This document shows, in pieces, positions 1 to 13,760 of a stretch of 64,000 bases of DNA. The stretch covers positions 23,578,459 through 23,642,458 of the forward strand of contig NC_090412.1 in NCBI RefSeq assembly GCF_036365525.1, in the 5' to 3' direction. Below the pieces are notes generated by a model, which did no database searches, had not been told where the DNA came from, and worked only from the letters and a program-made list of their open reading frames with translations. A program made the position numbers and the translations under genes. How positions within the stretch are numbered: the first letter of the stretch is position 1; each line of letters starts with the position of its first letter. The DNA is from Heterodontus francisci. Taxonomy: Eukaryota.

Positions 1-465
1 TCAAGGAGAAAGCCCACCTCGACCATCAGGTGAACTGGGAATGTACTACCTGTGCTGCCTATCTGTTAGCAATCAGACATGTTTATAGTAAATGGCATTT
101 CTCAGTGTCTGTATCTGCATTCTTGAATCTATTACATTTTCTGGTTTGGGGAGCCCAATGAGTCAGTAAAATGGCCAGCTCTGTCAGCTTGTTGGTAGTT
201 GTTCATTGGAAAGTTGTTCATTTAAAGCAATGCATCAGTGATGCTTGAAATATCTGTGCACGTCGATTGAAAGATGTCACTAATATTCTGTAAAGATGCC
301 TAGAATGAGCCGATTACATTAAGAATTATGTGCAGTAGTGGCCAGAGGTATTGCAGTGCCCATGGTGGAGATGGTCTGCAGGTTTCGTTGCAGTATGTGG
401 TACAATTCATTGAGGTTCTCCCTTCTGAAGCACAGTCCTCTCACACACTAAAGTGTGTGAACATA

Positions 466-2246
466 GGTATAGCTAAAGTGAATGTTGGTCCCTTGGAGGA
501 TGAGACTGGGGAGTTAATTGTGGGGAACACGGAAATGGCGGAGACACTAAATCAGTATTTTGCCTCAGTTTTCACGGTGGATGACACTAGTACCATCCCA
601 ATTGTAACAAGTAATGCAGAGGTTATAGGAAGGGAGGAACTTAGAACAATCATCATCACTAGGGCAAAAGTACTGAGCAAACTATTGGGATTGAAGGCAG
701 ACAAGCCCCCAGGGCCTGATGGCCTACATCCTAGGGTCTTAAAGGAAGTGGCAGCAGAGATAGTGGATCCATTGGTTATAATATTCCAAAATTCCCTGGA
801 TGTGAGAAAGGTTACAGTGGATTGGAAAAATGCTAATATGATACCCTTATTCAAAAAAGGAGGGTGGTAGAAAGTAGGAAGCTATAGACCAGTTAGTTTA
901 ACATCTGTCATTGGGAAATTGTTAGAATCCATTATTAAGGAAGTAATAACAGGACATTTAGAAAGTCAAAATGCAATCCATCAGGGTCAGCATGGTTTTA
1001 TGAAGGGTAAGTCATGTTTGACTAATTTGTTAGAGTTCTTCGAAGATGTAACCAGTAAAGTGGATAATGGGGATCCTGTAGATGTAGTATATCTGGACTT
1101 CTAGAAGACATTTGATAAGGTGCCACACAAAAGGTTAATACACAAGGTAAGATCACATGGGGTTAGGGACAATTTATTAGCTTGGATAGAGGATTGGCTA
1201 ACCAACACAAAACAGAGTTGGGATAAATAGGTTTTTTTCTGGTTGGCAAGATGTAACTAGTGGGGCGCTACAGGTGTTGGTCCTCGGGCCCCAACTATTT
1301 ACAATCTATACTAATGACTTGGGTGCAGGGATAGAAGGTACTACAGCCACATTTGCAGATGAGACTAAAATAGGTGGGATAGTAAGTTGCAATAAAGAAA
1401 TAAGAAATTTACAAACGGATATGGATAAGTTACATGAATGGGCCAAAATTTGGCAGATGGAGTTCAACGTGGATAAGTGTGAGGTTATCCATTTTGGTCT
1501 GAAGAATAGAAAGGCAAATTATTATCTAAATGGAGAGAAACTTCAGAGTGCTTCGGTGCAGAGGGATCTGGGTGTCCTTGTGCATGAATCGCAGAAAACT
1601 AGAATGCAGGTGCAGCAGGTGATAAGGAAGGTGAATGGAATTTTGGCATTTATTGCTAAAGGAATAGACTATAAAAGTAGGGAAGTACAGTTGCTGCAAC
1701 TGTACAAGGCATTAGTGAGACCGTACCTGGAGTATTGTGTACAGTTTTGGTCCCCTTACTTGGATGGATGTAGTTGCATTGCAGGCAGTTCAGAGGAGGT
1801 TCACTAGATTGATTCCAGAGATGAGGGGTTTGTCTTATGAAGAGAGATGTAACTAGTGGGCAGTTTAAACCTTTACTCTCTAGAGTTTAGTAGAATGAGA
1901 AGAGATCTAATTGAGGTATTTAAAATGATTAAAGAGGTTGATAAAGTAGACATAGAGAGGTTATAATTTTAGAATAAGGGGTAGTAGATTTAAAACAGAG
2001 ATGAGGAGAAATTACTTCTCTCAAAGGGTCGTGAGTCTGGAATTCTGGAGTGCTGTGGATGCCGGGACATTGAGTAAATTTGAGGAGATAGACAGACTTT
2101 TAATTAGTAATGGGTTGAAGGTTTATGGAGAACGGGCAGGAAAGTGGAGTTGAGGCTGAGATGAGATCAGCCATGATCGTATTGAATGGCGGAGCAGGCT
2201 CGAGGGGCTGAATTGCCTATTCCTGCTCCTTGTTCTTATGTTCTTA
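466..2246 (+). mobile_element. CR1 (HER1-like) LINE, 5'-truncated, degraded ORF2/RT
   Basis: ORF fragments GPDGLHPRVLKE, QHGFMKGKSCLTNL, VYLDF, LGPQLF..FADETK, LEYCVQFWSP; CR1 3' end with (GTTCTTAT)-type tail. Confidence 0.93.
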
Positions 2247-2329
2247 GCTTCGGGTTGCTTGCCTTTTCAAGCCCCATCTCCCCCCTCCTCCCCTCCCCCC
2301 TCATGTCTGTCCTTGGCTTTTGTGCTTTT

Positions 2330-2665
2330 GGCTCGGGCTGTTCATTATTCTGTCATTAACACTCTCTCTACACTAATGCTTGATCTTTCAACACACCATT
2401 AGCACACTCTTTTTGCCTTTGCCTCATGACCTCCTGGTCAGTTAATCTCTCCTGCCCTCTGTCCTATCTCACACCTTCCCTTTTGTTCTGTAGCCCCGCT
2501 CGCCACCCATTCCCCCCGCCAAGCCCCACTTTACTTAAAACCTATTACATTTCTAACCTTTTCCAGTTCTGATCAAAGGTCACAGACCTGTAACTTTAAC
2601 TCAGCTTCTCTCTCCACAGATGCTGCCAAACCTGCTGAGTATTTCCAGCACTTTCCGTTTTTATA
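2330..2665 (+). mobile_element. Penelope-like element 3' terminal fragment with decayed hammerhead motif
   Basis: Pyrimidine-rich tract, then CAGTT-CTGATCA-A-AGGTC-ACA-GACCT-GTAAC (mutated core) and the ...GATGCTGCC..ACCTGCTGAGTATTTCCAGCA tail also seen near 30.9, 55.0 and 58.1 kb. Confidence 0.6.
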
Positions 2666-2674
2666 ACTCTGGTG

Positions 2675-4126
2675 GTTTAGGAGTCTAGGAGTAAGAGATA
2701 TAGTCTAAATATTGAAGTCAGAACTTTCAGGAGTGAAATTAGGAACGCTTCTACACACTGTTATGATCGAGGTGGGAGGAGTGCACTGTTAATTCAGTCC
2801 CACTTCTCCACATTACACAGCATATCAATAAATGTTTCTACTTACTAAGCTGCCAATTAGATACTCTTTGTTCCCAGAATAAAGCACACCAACCAAGTTT
2901 ATTTAATTAACAAAATTATTTGGTTATTATAAAACCAAGTCTTAACCAATAATGAAGTAAATCTAAATACGAATTGGGATTAAAGCTCCTTATTCTTCCC
3001 GAACCCTCATGCACATGCATATATCCAAAAAAAAAAACGGTTTACCGGGGATAAAAGGATTTTGATTTACAGCTGTTTCGTAGGAATGCAAAGAATAATA
3101 AAATAACTTGGGATGTCACGTTCTGGTAGGAAGTTCTTCGGTTTGGTGAGATGTCCCAAAGTCTACTAGTTGGATGCCACTTGAAATCGTTCCAGGTGAG
3201 GTTGATGAACAGTCTGTGATGGGTAGGCTTTCAAGGAAATGCAACTGCAGAAGTCTTCACATAAAGTCTTCCATCAGGGGTGTAGCAACAGGTCATCTTA
3301 GATTTTACAGCAGCAGTATAGGAGTAGAAGATTTCTTCAGATTTCAGGATTTCCTAAAACACAGGAGGCAACAGGAACCACACTTGATGCAGGGATTCTT
3401 CAGAGACTGGAGGCAATAGGCACTGCCACCTTTGAAATAAAGGGTTTCTTCTCAAGAGATGCAGGATTCCTTTACAGAGAGGTAATACTTTTTCTGAGTT
3501 TTCCTCCAATCTCCAGGCAGGTCAAAATCAAATTTCAAATGCCTGCTCGTTGTCCAACTCACTGGTTTTTTTAAAAGGTCCAAACCTGAAACTGAAACTT
3601 CCAGAATGAAGTCACATGCCCTGTCATAAAGTCTCTCTTGCCACTCGAAGTGTAGCTCTGAGGTCAAACCCCTTGTTGGTTTCCTTGAAATTGCCTGCTT
3701 TCCTGTGCTTGTGCACATGTTCAGCTTCCTTTCAAAACATCCATAGAGTTCAGCTTTTGTTTGAACTTCCTAGCTAAACATTTTATAAATTTCAACTAGT
3801 TGAAGGTCTCAATGTCTACCGAAATCCTTTTCAGTTTTTTAAAACACACAGAATTCTAAGTTTTTAAGACAAAAACAAAAGGGCTTGTAACAACACAAAG
3901 GCTGGTAGAAGTTTGGAATTTTGTTCAGAGAAATGGTGATTGATGCTAGATCAATTGTTAATTTTAAAACTGAGATTGACATATTTTTGTTAGCCAGAGG
4001 TATTAAAGGAGATGGGGCAAAGGTGGGTATATGGAGTTAGGTCACAGATCAGCCATAATCTAATCGAATAGCAGAACAGGCTTGAGGGGCTGAATGGCCT
4101 ACTCCTGTTCCTATCTTCTTATGTTC
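2675..4126 (+). mobile_element. CR1 3' fragment interrupted by a solo LTR
   Basis: CR1 3' sequence (...CTTCTACACAC / AAAGGCTGGTAGAAGTTTGGAA...GAATGGCCTACTCCTGTTCCTAT) resumes after the insert. Confidence 0.75.
2759..3892. mobile_element. Solo LTR (~1.13 kb)
   Basis: TGTTA...TAACA termini; 4-bp target duplication ACAC (2755-2758, 3893-3896); no coding remnant. Confidence 0.8.
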
Positions 4127-4775
4127 TACACAAGGACAATAGAGATATATAGCAATATCCTACGTAAACACAACGAAGTGCAAGGTAGGTGTCCAGTGTA
4201 CTATAGATTCTAGTGGATAGGCACCAGTGAATGAATGCCAGCTACCTTCTGTGTGGTGTGACCTTCTGTTCCTCTCCCTCCATATTTGCCAAATTCAGGG
4301 TTGGTTCCAAAAGGAGCTCCTATAGTTTCTTCTGTTGAATGGGTAACAGGCTGAAATTTGGCAAATCTCAACGTACTTAGTGAAACAGGAGCGAGCAGTA
4401 CTCAGTGCTTGTCAGTTATTGAACAGGAGCAGTGCATTTGCTGCTTTGTTCTTTTAAACTCTCTGACCTTTAGCTTTGCGCCTCTCAGGATCAATAGGAG
4501 GCCATTCAGCCCCTCCAGCCTGCTGCCCCATTCAGTTAGATCAGAGCTGATCTGTATCATAACTCCATCTACCCGCCTTGCTTCTTCAAACCCTTACTGA
4601 ACAAATCTCTCAATCCCGGTATTAGATTAAGCCTGTTTTATACACCCATCAATTACAACCAATAAAACTGAAGTCACAGGATACTATGGGTGAGGTCAGG
4701 CCTTCATTAGTTGCCCTGTTATTATTACAGGCCTGCCCAGGAGCAAGAGAGGAAAGCTAATCACTGCTGCAAACC

Positions 4776-4918
4776 TGAGAGGGAATTGTCCCTGTGCTGC
4801 AGGTCTGAGGGGTAATGGTCAGTGCTCTGTAGCATGAGGCGTAATGACCAGTGCACTGTAGGGTCTGACGGGTAATGGTCAATGTTTTGCATGTTCTGAG
4901 GGGTAATGGTCAGTATGG
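4776..4918. repeat. Degenerate ~30-bp tandem repeat, about 5 copies
   Basis: Recurring CTGAGGGGTAATGGTCAGTGC.CTGTAG unit. Confidence 0.6.
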
Positions 4919-5890
4919 GTTGCTCTGGTTGCTCTGCTGTGATAGCTGCTCAAAGCCCTCCAGCCTCTCAATCTTTGTTGTGGCTCCAGTGAAGAAAGTA
5001 ACTGCCTGTTTCCAGCTTCCATCTGCTTGCTGTAGTCTCTTCTCAGACCATTCAATCAAAGTTGAGCGATGCACAGGCCCAAGGCCCACTTTAGGAGGCC
5101 TATTGGAGCTGCCACCAAGCCATTGCAGTGTCCCTTCCATATTGGTTACCATTTGGTTATGATACAAATTACTGTGGAACTCCGAGAAATGTCGGTGCAC
5201 TGTAAAGTGGCCAAGACTTTGCATCGCAGGTCTTCACCCTTTATCTTCACTCTGCACCAGGGAATAATTACCATCCAGACTCTCAGCATAGAGGAATTGA
5301 CCCTTTTAAAACAACACACACTTTATAACCAATACACGACTTCATTTGATATGAGAGAATACAAACCATCAGGTTAGACAGGAAGTTATAGTGCTGAAAC
5401 ACATCTATTGTCCTAACTCATTTACAAAATGATGCACAGGTGGCTGGAATCTTGTTTCAAGTTGTTTCTTTCTTGAACATTAACCCTTTCTAGTTTTGAT
5501 TTGAGTCACTCAGCAGGTTTAATGCAAGTGCTGTCATTGGAATGGACAACAACATAAAGGCTAGCAGCTGTAAATAGATGAATAAAACAAAAAAACTGAT
5601 GTCCTGTTCACTCAACCAGCAATTCTACCTCCTTCTGCATAAGAGTGACAGCAGCGTCAGAGGGCTTTTCCCAACAGGAATGTTCCTGAAGGTCTAGGAG
5701 ATTAGCGATTCCACCTCCTGGCCCTGTGGCCTCCCTCGCATAATGCCATCATCTAGATGATTACAAAAGAGCTCACTCTCTGAACATGAAACCTATTTGC
5801 AACCATCAGTATTGCAATATTCAAGTCATTTCCCAGGCGCGTGTTACAGATCCATCACTTTAAGGGAGTGCCATCAATATTTGACCTGAA

Positions 5891-6578
5891 AAAGTCACTG
5901 AAAGCTAACATGCAGGTGCAGCAAGCAATTAAGAAGGCTAATGGTATGTTAGCCTTTATCACAAGAGGATTTAAGTACAGGAGTAGTGAAGTCTTGCTTC
6001 CATTGTATAGAACCTTGGTTAGACCGCACCTGGAGTACTGTATACAGTTTTGGTCTCCTTACCTTAGGAAGGATATTATTGCCATAGAGGGAGTGCAACG
6101 AAGTTTCAGCAGACTTGTTCCTGGGATGGCGGGACTGTCCTATGAAGAGAGATTGGGGAAACTGGGCCTGTATTCTCTAGAGTTTTGAAGAATGAGAGGT
6201 GATCTCATTGAAACCTACAAAATACTTCAAGGGATAGACAGGGTAGATGCAGCTAAGATGTTTCCCCTGGCTGGGGAGTCTAGAACCAGGGGACACAATT
6301 TTAAAATAAGGGGGAAGCCACTTAGGACCGAGATGAGGAGAAATTTCTTTACTCAGAGGGCTGTGAATCTTTGGAATTCTCTACTCCAGAGGGTTGTGGA
6401 AGCTCAGTCATTGAGTATGTTTGAAGTAGAAGTTGACAGATTTCTAAATACCAATGATATAAAAAGATATGAGGATAGTGTGGGGAAAAGGCATTGAAGT
6501 GGATGATCAGCAATGATCGTATTGAATGGTGGAGCAGGCTCGATGGGCTGAATGGCCTACTCCTGCTTCTGTGTTCCT
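5891..6578 (+). mobile_element. CR1 LINE 3' fragment
   Basis: AIKKANGMLAFI, LEYCIQFWSP, RGDLIETYKI, NFFTQR.VNLWNSL; CR1 3' hairpin/tail. Confidence 0.93.
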
Positions 6579-8045
6579 AAACGCACCTCTCAAGGTGGCT
6601 CCTGGCTGCTGAAGGTTACCCTCAATAGCCATAGCTCTGTGTCATCACAGTATCTCAGCTAAATAAAATGCACAGTGAGGTTCTGGCATCCATTCAACTC
6701 TAGGACTCTATGACTCTATCTACTTGCAGCTGCTCAGCTTGTATTACTGGCCATGCTAGTATACTTAGCAGTTACATTTGCATGGCACAGTTTCACTTCA
6801 ATTGCCAGTGATCAGGGATTACTACCCAGTATCCCGTAAAACGGGTGAAGTGAAGCCTGCTGAGAGATTCAAAACTAGGAAAGGGTTAATGTTGAAGAAA
6901 TAACTTAAAGCTCGAGTCAAGACACTAGCTTTATCATTTTGCTAATAATAAGCTAGCACAATAGACATGTTTACTGCAGTTTCCTGACTAACCTGATGGA
7001 TTGTATTGATCTTAAAGGGGCCCACACCAAACGGACTGCAGCAACAGTAAATACATGGTACATTGCAACTGTCCATTTAAAACAGCAGACCCTTTGACTT
7101 AGTACAAGAAGGGCTAAGGGAGATTGCTGGCTCTAATTAAAATGGATCAACCAATGCTGGCAAATAATTAGTTTCTTTTTTGATTTTGCTGTTTGTAGAG
7201 GGAGTTCCAGCTTGGCTGAAGGCCAAGAACCAAACCTAACTCGGTATAGAATATTATCCACTTATCAATCTCGATAAATGAATTGTGTGTGATTGCCTTG
7301 GTTTGGAATTTCCCAGCTGGGTGCCACAACTTGCAATGAGTCTTTCGCTGCAGTGGTCAAGGTCAGGCAAATTGTATTTCACTTCCTTTGCAAATTAGAA
7401 TTCTGTTTTTTTCCCCCTTTTCAGCACCAACATTTTAAAGATATACAATGGATTTCAGTATCTGAAATCAGAGACACAATGCAGGCTGGGTGCCTTTCAA
7501 CTGATCACAATCTCATCCTGAAACTAACATGCCAATGACTTCCACTGAGCAAAACATTGACTCCAATGGCTGGTGGGTCCTGGCAGATACGTGGGTAGAA
7601 CAGCATTGATCAAAGCTTCAATACTCTGAAGGGAAGCTATTATAATCATAAGGTAATAATGACATTCGGAACTCTAATAAATATGGCAATGATAAAGTTG
7701 GTGAGGTGACTATGATCAATAAAGCTATACCCCTTGTTGTTATGGGCTCCAATAGTGGGTTCTGCTACTGAATGGGACATTAGGTACTAGTAGCCAGAGG
7801 GTGAAGCAGATGGAAGATTTGCAGGGTGACCACAAATGAAACACATGGACCTGCATGAACCTCAATCAACAGGTTACCAAGGCTGCCTTTCCTACCTTTC
7901 ACCAGATGATGTAGAACCAGGTAGCACAACAGACTGCTCAGTCTATGAGCAATCTATTTGATGCACAGTGGTGGGAATGGGGAGCGAAAAGTCGAAACTC
8001 CAAGAACATTGATCCTAGTTTCAAATTCCAACCTCACAGGTTGTA

Positions 8046-9355
8046 CCATGGAACCATAGAAGAGTTACAGCACAGAAAGAGGCCATTCAGCCCATCATGT
8101 CCGCACCGGCTGAAAAAGCTAGTCGCTCAATCTAATCCCACCTTCCAGCACCTGGTCCGTAGCCTTGCAGATTACAGTAATTCAGGTGCAGGTCCAGGTA
8201 TCTTTTAAATGAGTTGAGGGTTCCACCACCGATCCGGGCAGCGAATTCCAGACACCCACCACCCTCTGGGTGAAAACGTTTTTCCTCATGTCCCCTCTAA
8301 TCCTTCTACCAATCACCTTAAATCTGTGTCCCCTGATAATTGACCTCTCCGCTAAGGGAAACTGTTTCTTCCTGACTACCCTATCTGGGCCCCTCATAAT
8401 TTTGTACACCTCAATTAAGTCACCCCTCAGCCTCCTCTGTTCTAAGGAAAACAACCCTAGCCTATTCAATCTTTCCTCATAGCTGCAACTTTCAAGCCTT
8501 GGTAACACTCTTGTAAATCTCCTCTGTACTGTCTCCAGAGCAATTATGTCTTCCTGTAATGTGGTGACCAGAACTGTACACAATACTCCAGCTGTGGCCT
8601 CACCAATGTTTGATACAGTTCCAGCATTATTACCCTGCTTTTGTATTTTACACCTCAGCCAATAAAAGAAAGCATTCCATATGCATTCTTCATTCTATCT
8701 ACCTGTCCTGCCACCTTCAGGGACCTGTGGACATGCACTCCAAGGTCTCTCACTTCCTCTACCCCTCTCAATATCCTCCCGTTTATTGTGTATTTCCTCG
8801 CTTTATTTGCTCTCCCCAAATGCATTACCTCACACTTCTCCAGATTGAATTCCATTTGCCACTTTTCCGCCCACTCAACCAAACCATTGATATCATTCTG
8901 GCATTTACGGCTATCCTCTTCACACGGCCCATTTTTGTGTCATCTGCAAATTTCCCAATCATACTTCCAACATTTAAGTCCAAATCATTAATATATACCA
9001 CAAACAACAAAGGACCCAACACTGAGCCCTGTGGAAAGCCACTGGAAACCGCTTTCCATTCGCAAAAACATCTGTCGAACATTATTACCCTTTGTTTCCT
9101 GCCACTGGACCAATTTTGGATCCAACCTGCCATATTCCCCTGTATCCCATGGGCTTTTACTTTTCTGACCAGTCTGCCATGTGGGACCTTGTCAAATGCC
9201 TTACTAAAATCCATGTAGACAACCTCCACTGCACTACCCTCATCAATTCTCCTTGTTATTTCCTCAAAAAATTCAATCAAGATAGTAAGACATGACCTTC
9301 CCTTAACAAATCCATGCTGACTATCCCTGATTAATTTGTGCCTTTCTAAGTGACA
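8046..9355 (-). mobile_element. CR1 LINE 3' part with RT fragments
   Basis: YMDFSKAFDKVPH, PQGSVLGPLLF, FADDTK, RGDLIEVYKI in frameshifted minus-strand ORFs. Confidence 0.93.
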
Positions 9356-9721
9356 GTAACAAACACCAAGTGTACTGGTAAAACAGACTCATGTAATGTT
9401 GTCCACTGGATTGGCACACCTGTTCCTCATTCCAGCATATATTCCCTTTCCATCCACTTACAGGAGAGGACTGGTGGCAGTGGCTGCAGTAACTTAAAGG
9501 AGTAGGCCAGCACTAATTTCCATCAAAGTTGGATCTAAAAACGATGATAGTTCTGGGCACCATACTCCCATATTGCCCAGGCTCTTCAGTTGGGAATGTT
9601 GGCAAAGGAGGATCTTACTTTTGGCACCAAGGGAAGGAGGCCCATGATGGGCATAGCACAGGCCCAGTAGTAGCAGTGAGTGCCTCCTTCAGTAACAGTT
9701 ACTTCCCAGGTTAGGAGGATT

Positions 9722-10082
9722 AGAGGTAGCATAGTGCTAATGTTACTGGACTAGTAATCCAGAGAACCACACTGATACACCAGAGAAATGCGTTCCAATT
9801 CCACCATGGCAGCTGTGGGAATTTAAATTAAATTAATAAATCTGGGATAACATGCTAATTGCATTGATAATCATGAAACTACTGCATTGTCAAAAAAGAA
9901 AACTCAACTGGTTTGCCAATGTCCTTCAGGGGAGGAAATCAGCCATCCTAACCTAGTCTGGCCGACATGTGAGTCCTGACCCACACCAATGTGTTTTACT
10001 CTTAACTGCCCTCTGAAATGGCCTAACAAGGGCAACTGGGGATTGGAGATAAAAGCGGTCCGTATCCCAAGAATGAATAATA
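9722..10082 (+). mobile_element. tRNA-derived SINE (third family; tail related to the second LINE family)
   Basis: A/B-box-like head (TAGCATAGTGCT...GTTCCAATTCC); 3' AAGGGCAACTGGGGATTGG...AATGAATAA resembles the LINE tail near 24.5 and 40.4 kb; partial minus copy near 29650-29860. Confidence 0.55.
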
Positions 10083-11829
10083 AAAGGAGATAATTGGAAC
10101 TTGGTGAAGTGCAAAGTTATCTTTTCTCTCTGCCTTGAACGGTGTGTACCAATTCCAAGAAATATCCAGAAAGGAGTATGAAACTCTTAACTCTCTGTTC
10201 TTGTTTCTTCACTCAAAGCCTCACGCGAAGATAAGCAGAGAAAGACTTGGTGAGGTACATACGCTTGTTTCCTCCTGTCATCCCAATCAATTCTGCTTTC
10301 TCACATTTGGGTTGTATTCCATATGGTGACATGGAGAGTATCTTCACACTCTTAACTTTCTTTAAAGGCCAATATCCCTCAACCAGACTTCTACTGGAAA
10401 GCAACAGTCACCACAGAACCTGCTTGCATGGAGGAAACACCCAGGAGAAGTAGGAGGCTGGCATTGGTGGAGGGTCACAATTGCCAACATTAAAGGGAAA
10501 CACAGCCATAAAACAAATCATGAAGGAGCACAGATTTATTTTCCTTGAAAGTTTTTTTTTGAATCACTGACTGGATATGCATGGAATGATTTGGGGGAGA
10601 TAGCACATTGTAACTGGAGCCTTGTGGAGAAGATTCTGAAAATGAGTGAAGTTCTGTTGTTTCCAATGGAGACCATGATCGCTGGATTGATTTTGCAGTG
10701 GTCACTGATCTTAGTCTGGTGAAGGAGTCTCTTGTTTCATAGTTAGCTTCTTTCTGTGGCGGGCCTTCAGAATCCCTATGACCTGCTCCAAGACAATGTG
10801 GGTGGCATTGGACTAAAATCAGGGGGTTGGAGAAAGGTTGCACTGGTGATTTTTAAAGGGAGGGTATTTGGTTCTAGCCATCCCCACTTTTACTTTTATC
10901 CTTTTGCAGCCCTGGGACTCCTTAGAGCAGACAATGATTCGGAAGATAATCCAGCCTTCCGTTTCTCTCCTTTGCTCATAATTAAAGCCTTTAACCTCCA
11001 GTAGCATTCTAGTAAATCACTCCATAGATGGAGTATCCTTCCTGAGATAGGGTTCCCAAAACTGATCACAATCCACCTCTAGCCTGTTGTCACAAAGTAT
11101 CCCGAGTGTTGGAACTTCCATATGCTCTAATTATCACCTCTACTTGCTGACGAGGATCTGCTGAGTCAGCTAGTCTGAACGATGCACCTTTCCTGCAGTT
11201 CTGCCATTAATTCTGTGGTCCAATTATTCTTTTCTGTACCTCAGGCATGGGGAAATCCCTATTGGGAACCCCCGCCACCCCCATTGATGGAAGTAACTGT
11301 GCAGTGGGGCAAACAAAATGGAACAATTGACCCATAAGGCTCATAAGAGCCCAGAGATCAGGGAAACAAGCAAAATGGTCCCAAGAGGCTGAATGGCTTC
11401 CTGCTCCCTGTCCTATGGAATTGACTCGGAGCTGCTCCCATTCCATTGCCTTAACCTTTGGCAGACGTTCCTATTGAAGCTCTGCTAAATGTTACAGCAA
11501 TATTGTAGAAGAAGCTCTGGTGAAATTTCCAGCAGTGGATAGTCCAAGACAGCACCAAGAGGGCAAGAGAATGTTTCACCCTGAGAATCTGGTTCTAATT
11601 AGCGGATGGAAATTTGGTTAGGTTTTGTTGCCCAAGAAAAGAAACACCAACAGAGGACAAACTCTCCTCTTGTACTGTCTTGTGACATTATTTAATGGCA
11701 GAAAGTGACCCAATCATATTCAAGTTATTATTTGAAACCAGACAATGTGGAAGAAGTGAACAAAGGAATTGGGAACAAAGTAGGCATGAAGCAGACAGCA
11801 GCATGAGGAGTTTATAGATATGATAGGTG

Positions 11830-13760
11830 TCAGTTGTTACTCAGTGGTAGCCTTCTTGCTGCTGAGACAGAAGGCTCTAGAGACTGCAACACAAAATCTA
11901 GTCTGACACTCTGGTGCAGTACTGAGGGAGAACAACAGTATCAGAGATGCCGTCTTTCAGATGAGATGTTAAATCAAGGCCCTGTCTGCGCTCACAGGTG
12001 GACGCAAAAGATCCCACGGCATTTATTTTTTAAAAAGAAAAGCTGGGGAGTTTTTCCCAGAGTCCTGTCCAATATTTATCCCTCAACCAACAGCACTAAT
12101 AAACAGATTATCAGCTCATTTATTTCATCACCATTAGGAACCTTGCTGTGTGCAAATTGGATGTTGTGTTTCTGATTTCAGAACAGTCAGAGGACTGGAG
12201 GACTGGAGAACAGCTAATGTAGTCCGACTATTTAAGAAAGGTTGTAGAGCTAAGCCAGGGAACTACAGACCAGTGAGTCTCACGTCAGTGGTAGGGAAAC
12301 TATTGGAGAAAATTCTGAAGGAGAGAATCTATCTCCACTTGGAGAGGCAAAATTTGATTAGGAATAGTCAGCATGGCTTTGTCAGAGGGAGGTCATGCCT
12401 AACAACTTTGATTGCATTTCTTGAGCATGTGACCAGGCGTGTAGATGAGGGTAGTGCAGTTGATGTAGTTTACATGGATTTCAACAAAGCCTTTGACAAG
12501 GTCCCACATGGGAGACTTATCAAGAAAGCAAATGCACATGGGATACAAGGTAACTTAATAAGGTGGATTCAAAATTGACTTGGCTGTAGGAGACAGAGAG
12601 TGATGACAGACGGCTGTTTTAGTGACTGGAAGACAGTGTCCAGTGGCGTACCACAGGGATCTGTGCTGGGTCCCCTATTGTTTGTCATTTATATAAATGA
12701 CATAGATGACTATGTGGGGGGTAGTATCAGTAAGTTCACGAATGACACAAAGATTGGCCAAGTGGTTAACAGTGAGGTTGAGTGTCTCGAGTTACAGGAT
12801 GATCTAGACTGGATGGTCAAATGGGCAGAAAAGTGGCAGATGGAATTTAACGCTGAAAAGTGTGAGGTGATACACTTTAGAAGGAGTAATGTGACACGAA
12901 AGTATTCAATGAATGGCCTGACACTGGAAAGTTCCGAGGAACAAAGGGACCTTGGCGTGTTTGTCCATAGATCTCTGAAGGCAGAAGGGCAGGTTAATAG
13001 GGTGGTGAAAAAGGCATATAGGACACTTGCCTTTATCAATCGAGGCATAGATTACAAAAGCAGGGAGGTCATGTTGGAGTTGTATGGAACTTTGGTAAGG
13101 CCACAGCTGGAGTACTGTGTGCAATTCTGGTCGCCACATTATAGGAAGAATGTGATTGCACTGGAGGGGGTGCAGAGGCGATTCACCAGGATGTTGCCTG
13201 GGATGGAATATTTAAGGTATGAAGAGAGGTTGGATAGGCTTGGGTTGTTTTCGCTGGAGCAGAGAAGACTGAGGGGTGATCTGATCGAGGTGTACAAGAT
13301 TATGAGGGGCATGGACAGGGTGGATAGGGAGCAGCTGTTCCCCTTAATTGAAGGGTCAGTTACGAGGGGACACAAGTTAATGGTGAGGGGCAGGAGGTTT
13401 AAGGGGGATTTGAGGAAGAACCTTTTTACCCAGAGGGTGGTAATGGTCTGGAATGCCCTGCCTGGGAGGGTGGTAGAGGCAGGTTGCCTCACATCTTTTA
13501 AAAAGTACCTGGATGAGCACTTGGCACATCATAACATTCAAGGCTATGGGCCAAGTGCTGGCAAATGGGATTAGGGAGCCAGGTCAGGTGTCTTTAATGC
13601 ATTGGTGCAGACTCGATGGGCCGAAGGGCCTCTTTTGCACTGTATTATTCTGTGATTCTGTATTCTTATTCTGTGAACAAGTCGACACACTTCAAAAGTA
13701 TTCAATTGGCTGGAAACTGCTTTGGGAAGCCCCAAGGTTGTGAAAAGTGATTAAAAAATA
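11830..13760 (+). mobile_element. DeuSINE (SacSINE1-like) split by a CR1 insertion
   Basis: Deu-type core TGCCGTCTTTCAGATGAGATGTTAAA...AAAAGATCCCACGGCA at 11830-12190; tail CACTTCAAAAGTA...TGCTTTGGGA resumes near 13680. Confidence 0.75.
12192..13672 (+). mobile_element. CR1 LINE, well-preserved 5'-truncated RT region
   Basis: ORFs 12150-12578 and 12600-13574 are in the same frame, separated by one TGA at a W codon; NYRPVSLTS, PQGSVLGP; tail (ATTCTGTG)n. Confidence 0.95.

Noticed and set aside
12576-12578. In-frame TGA between two CR1 ORFs as selenocysteine or readthrough
   Set aside because: The position corresponds to a conserved Trp (WIQNW), so it is an ordinary nonsense mutation in a dead copy.
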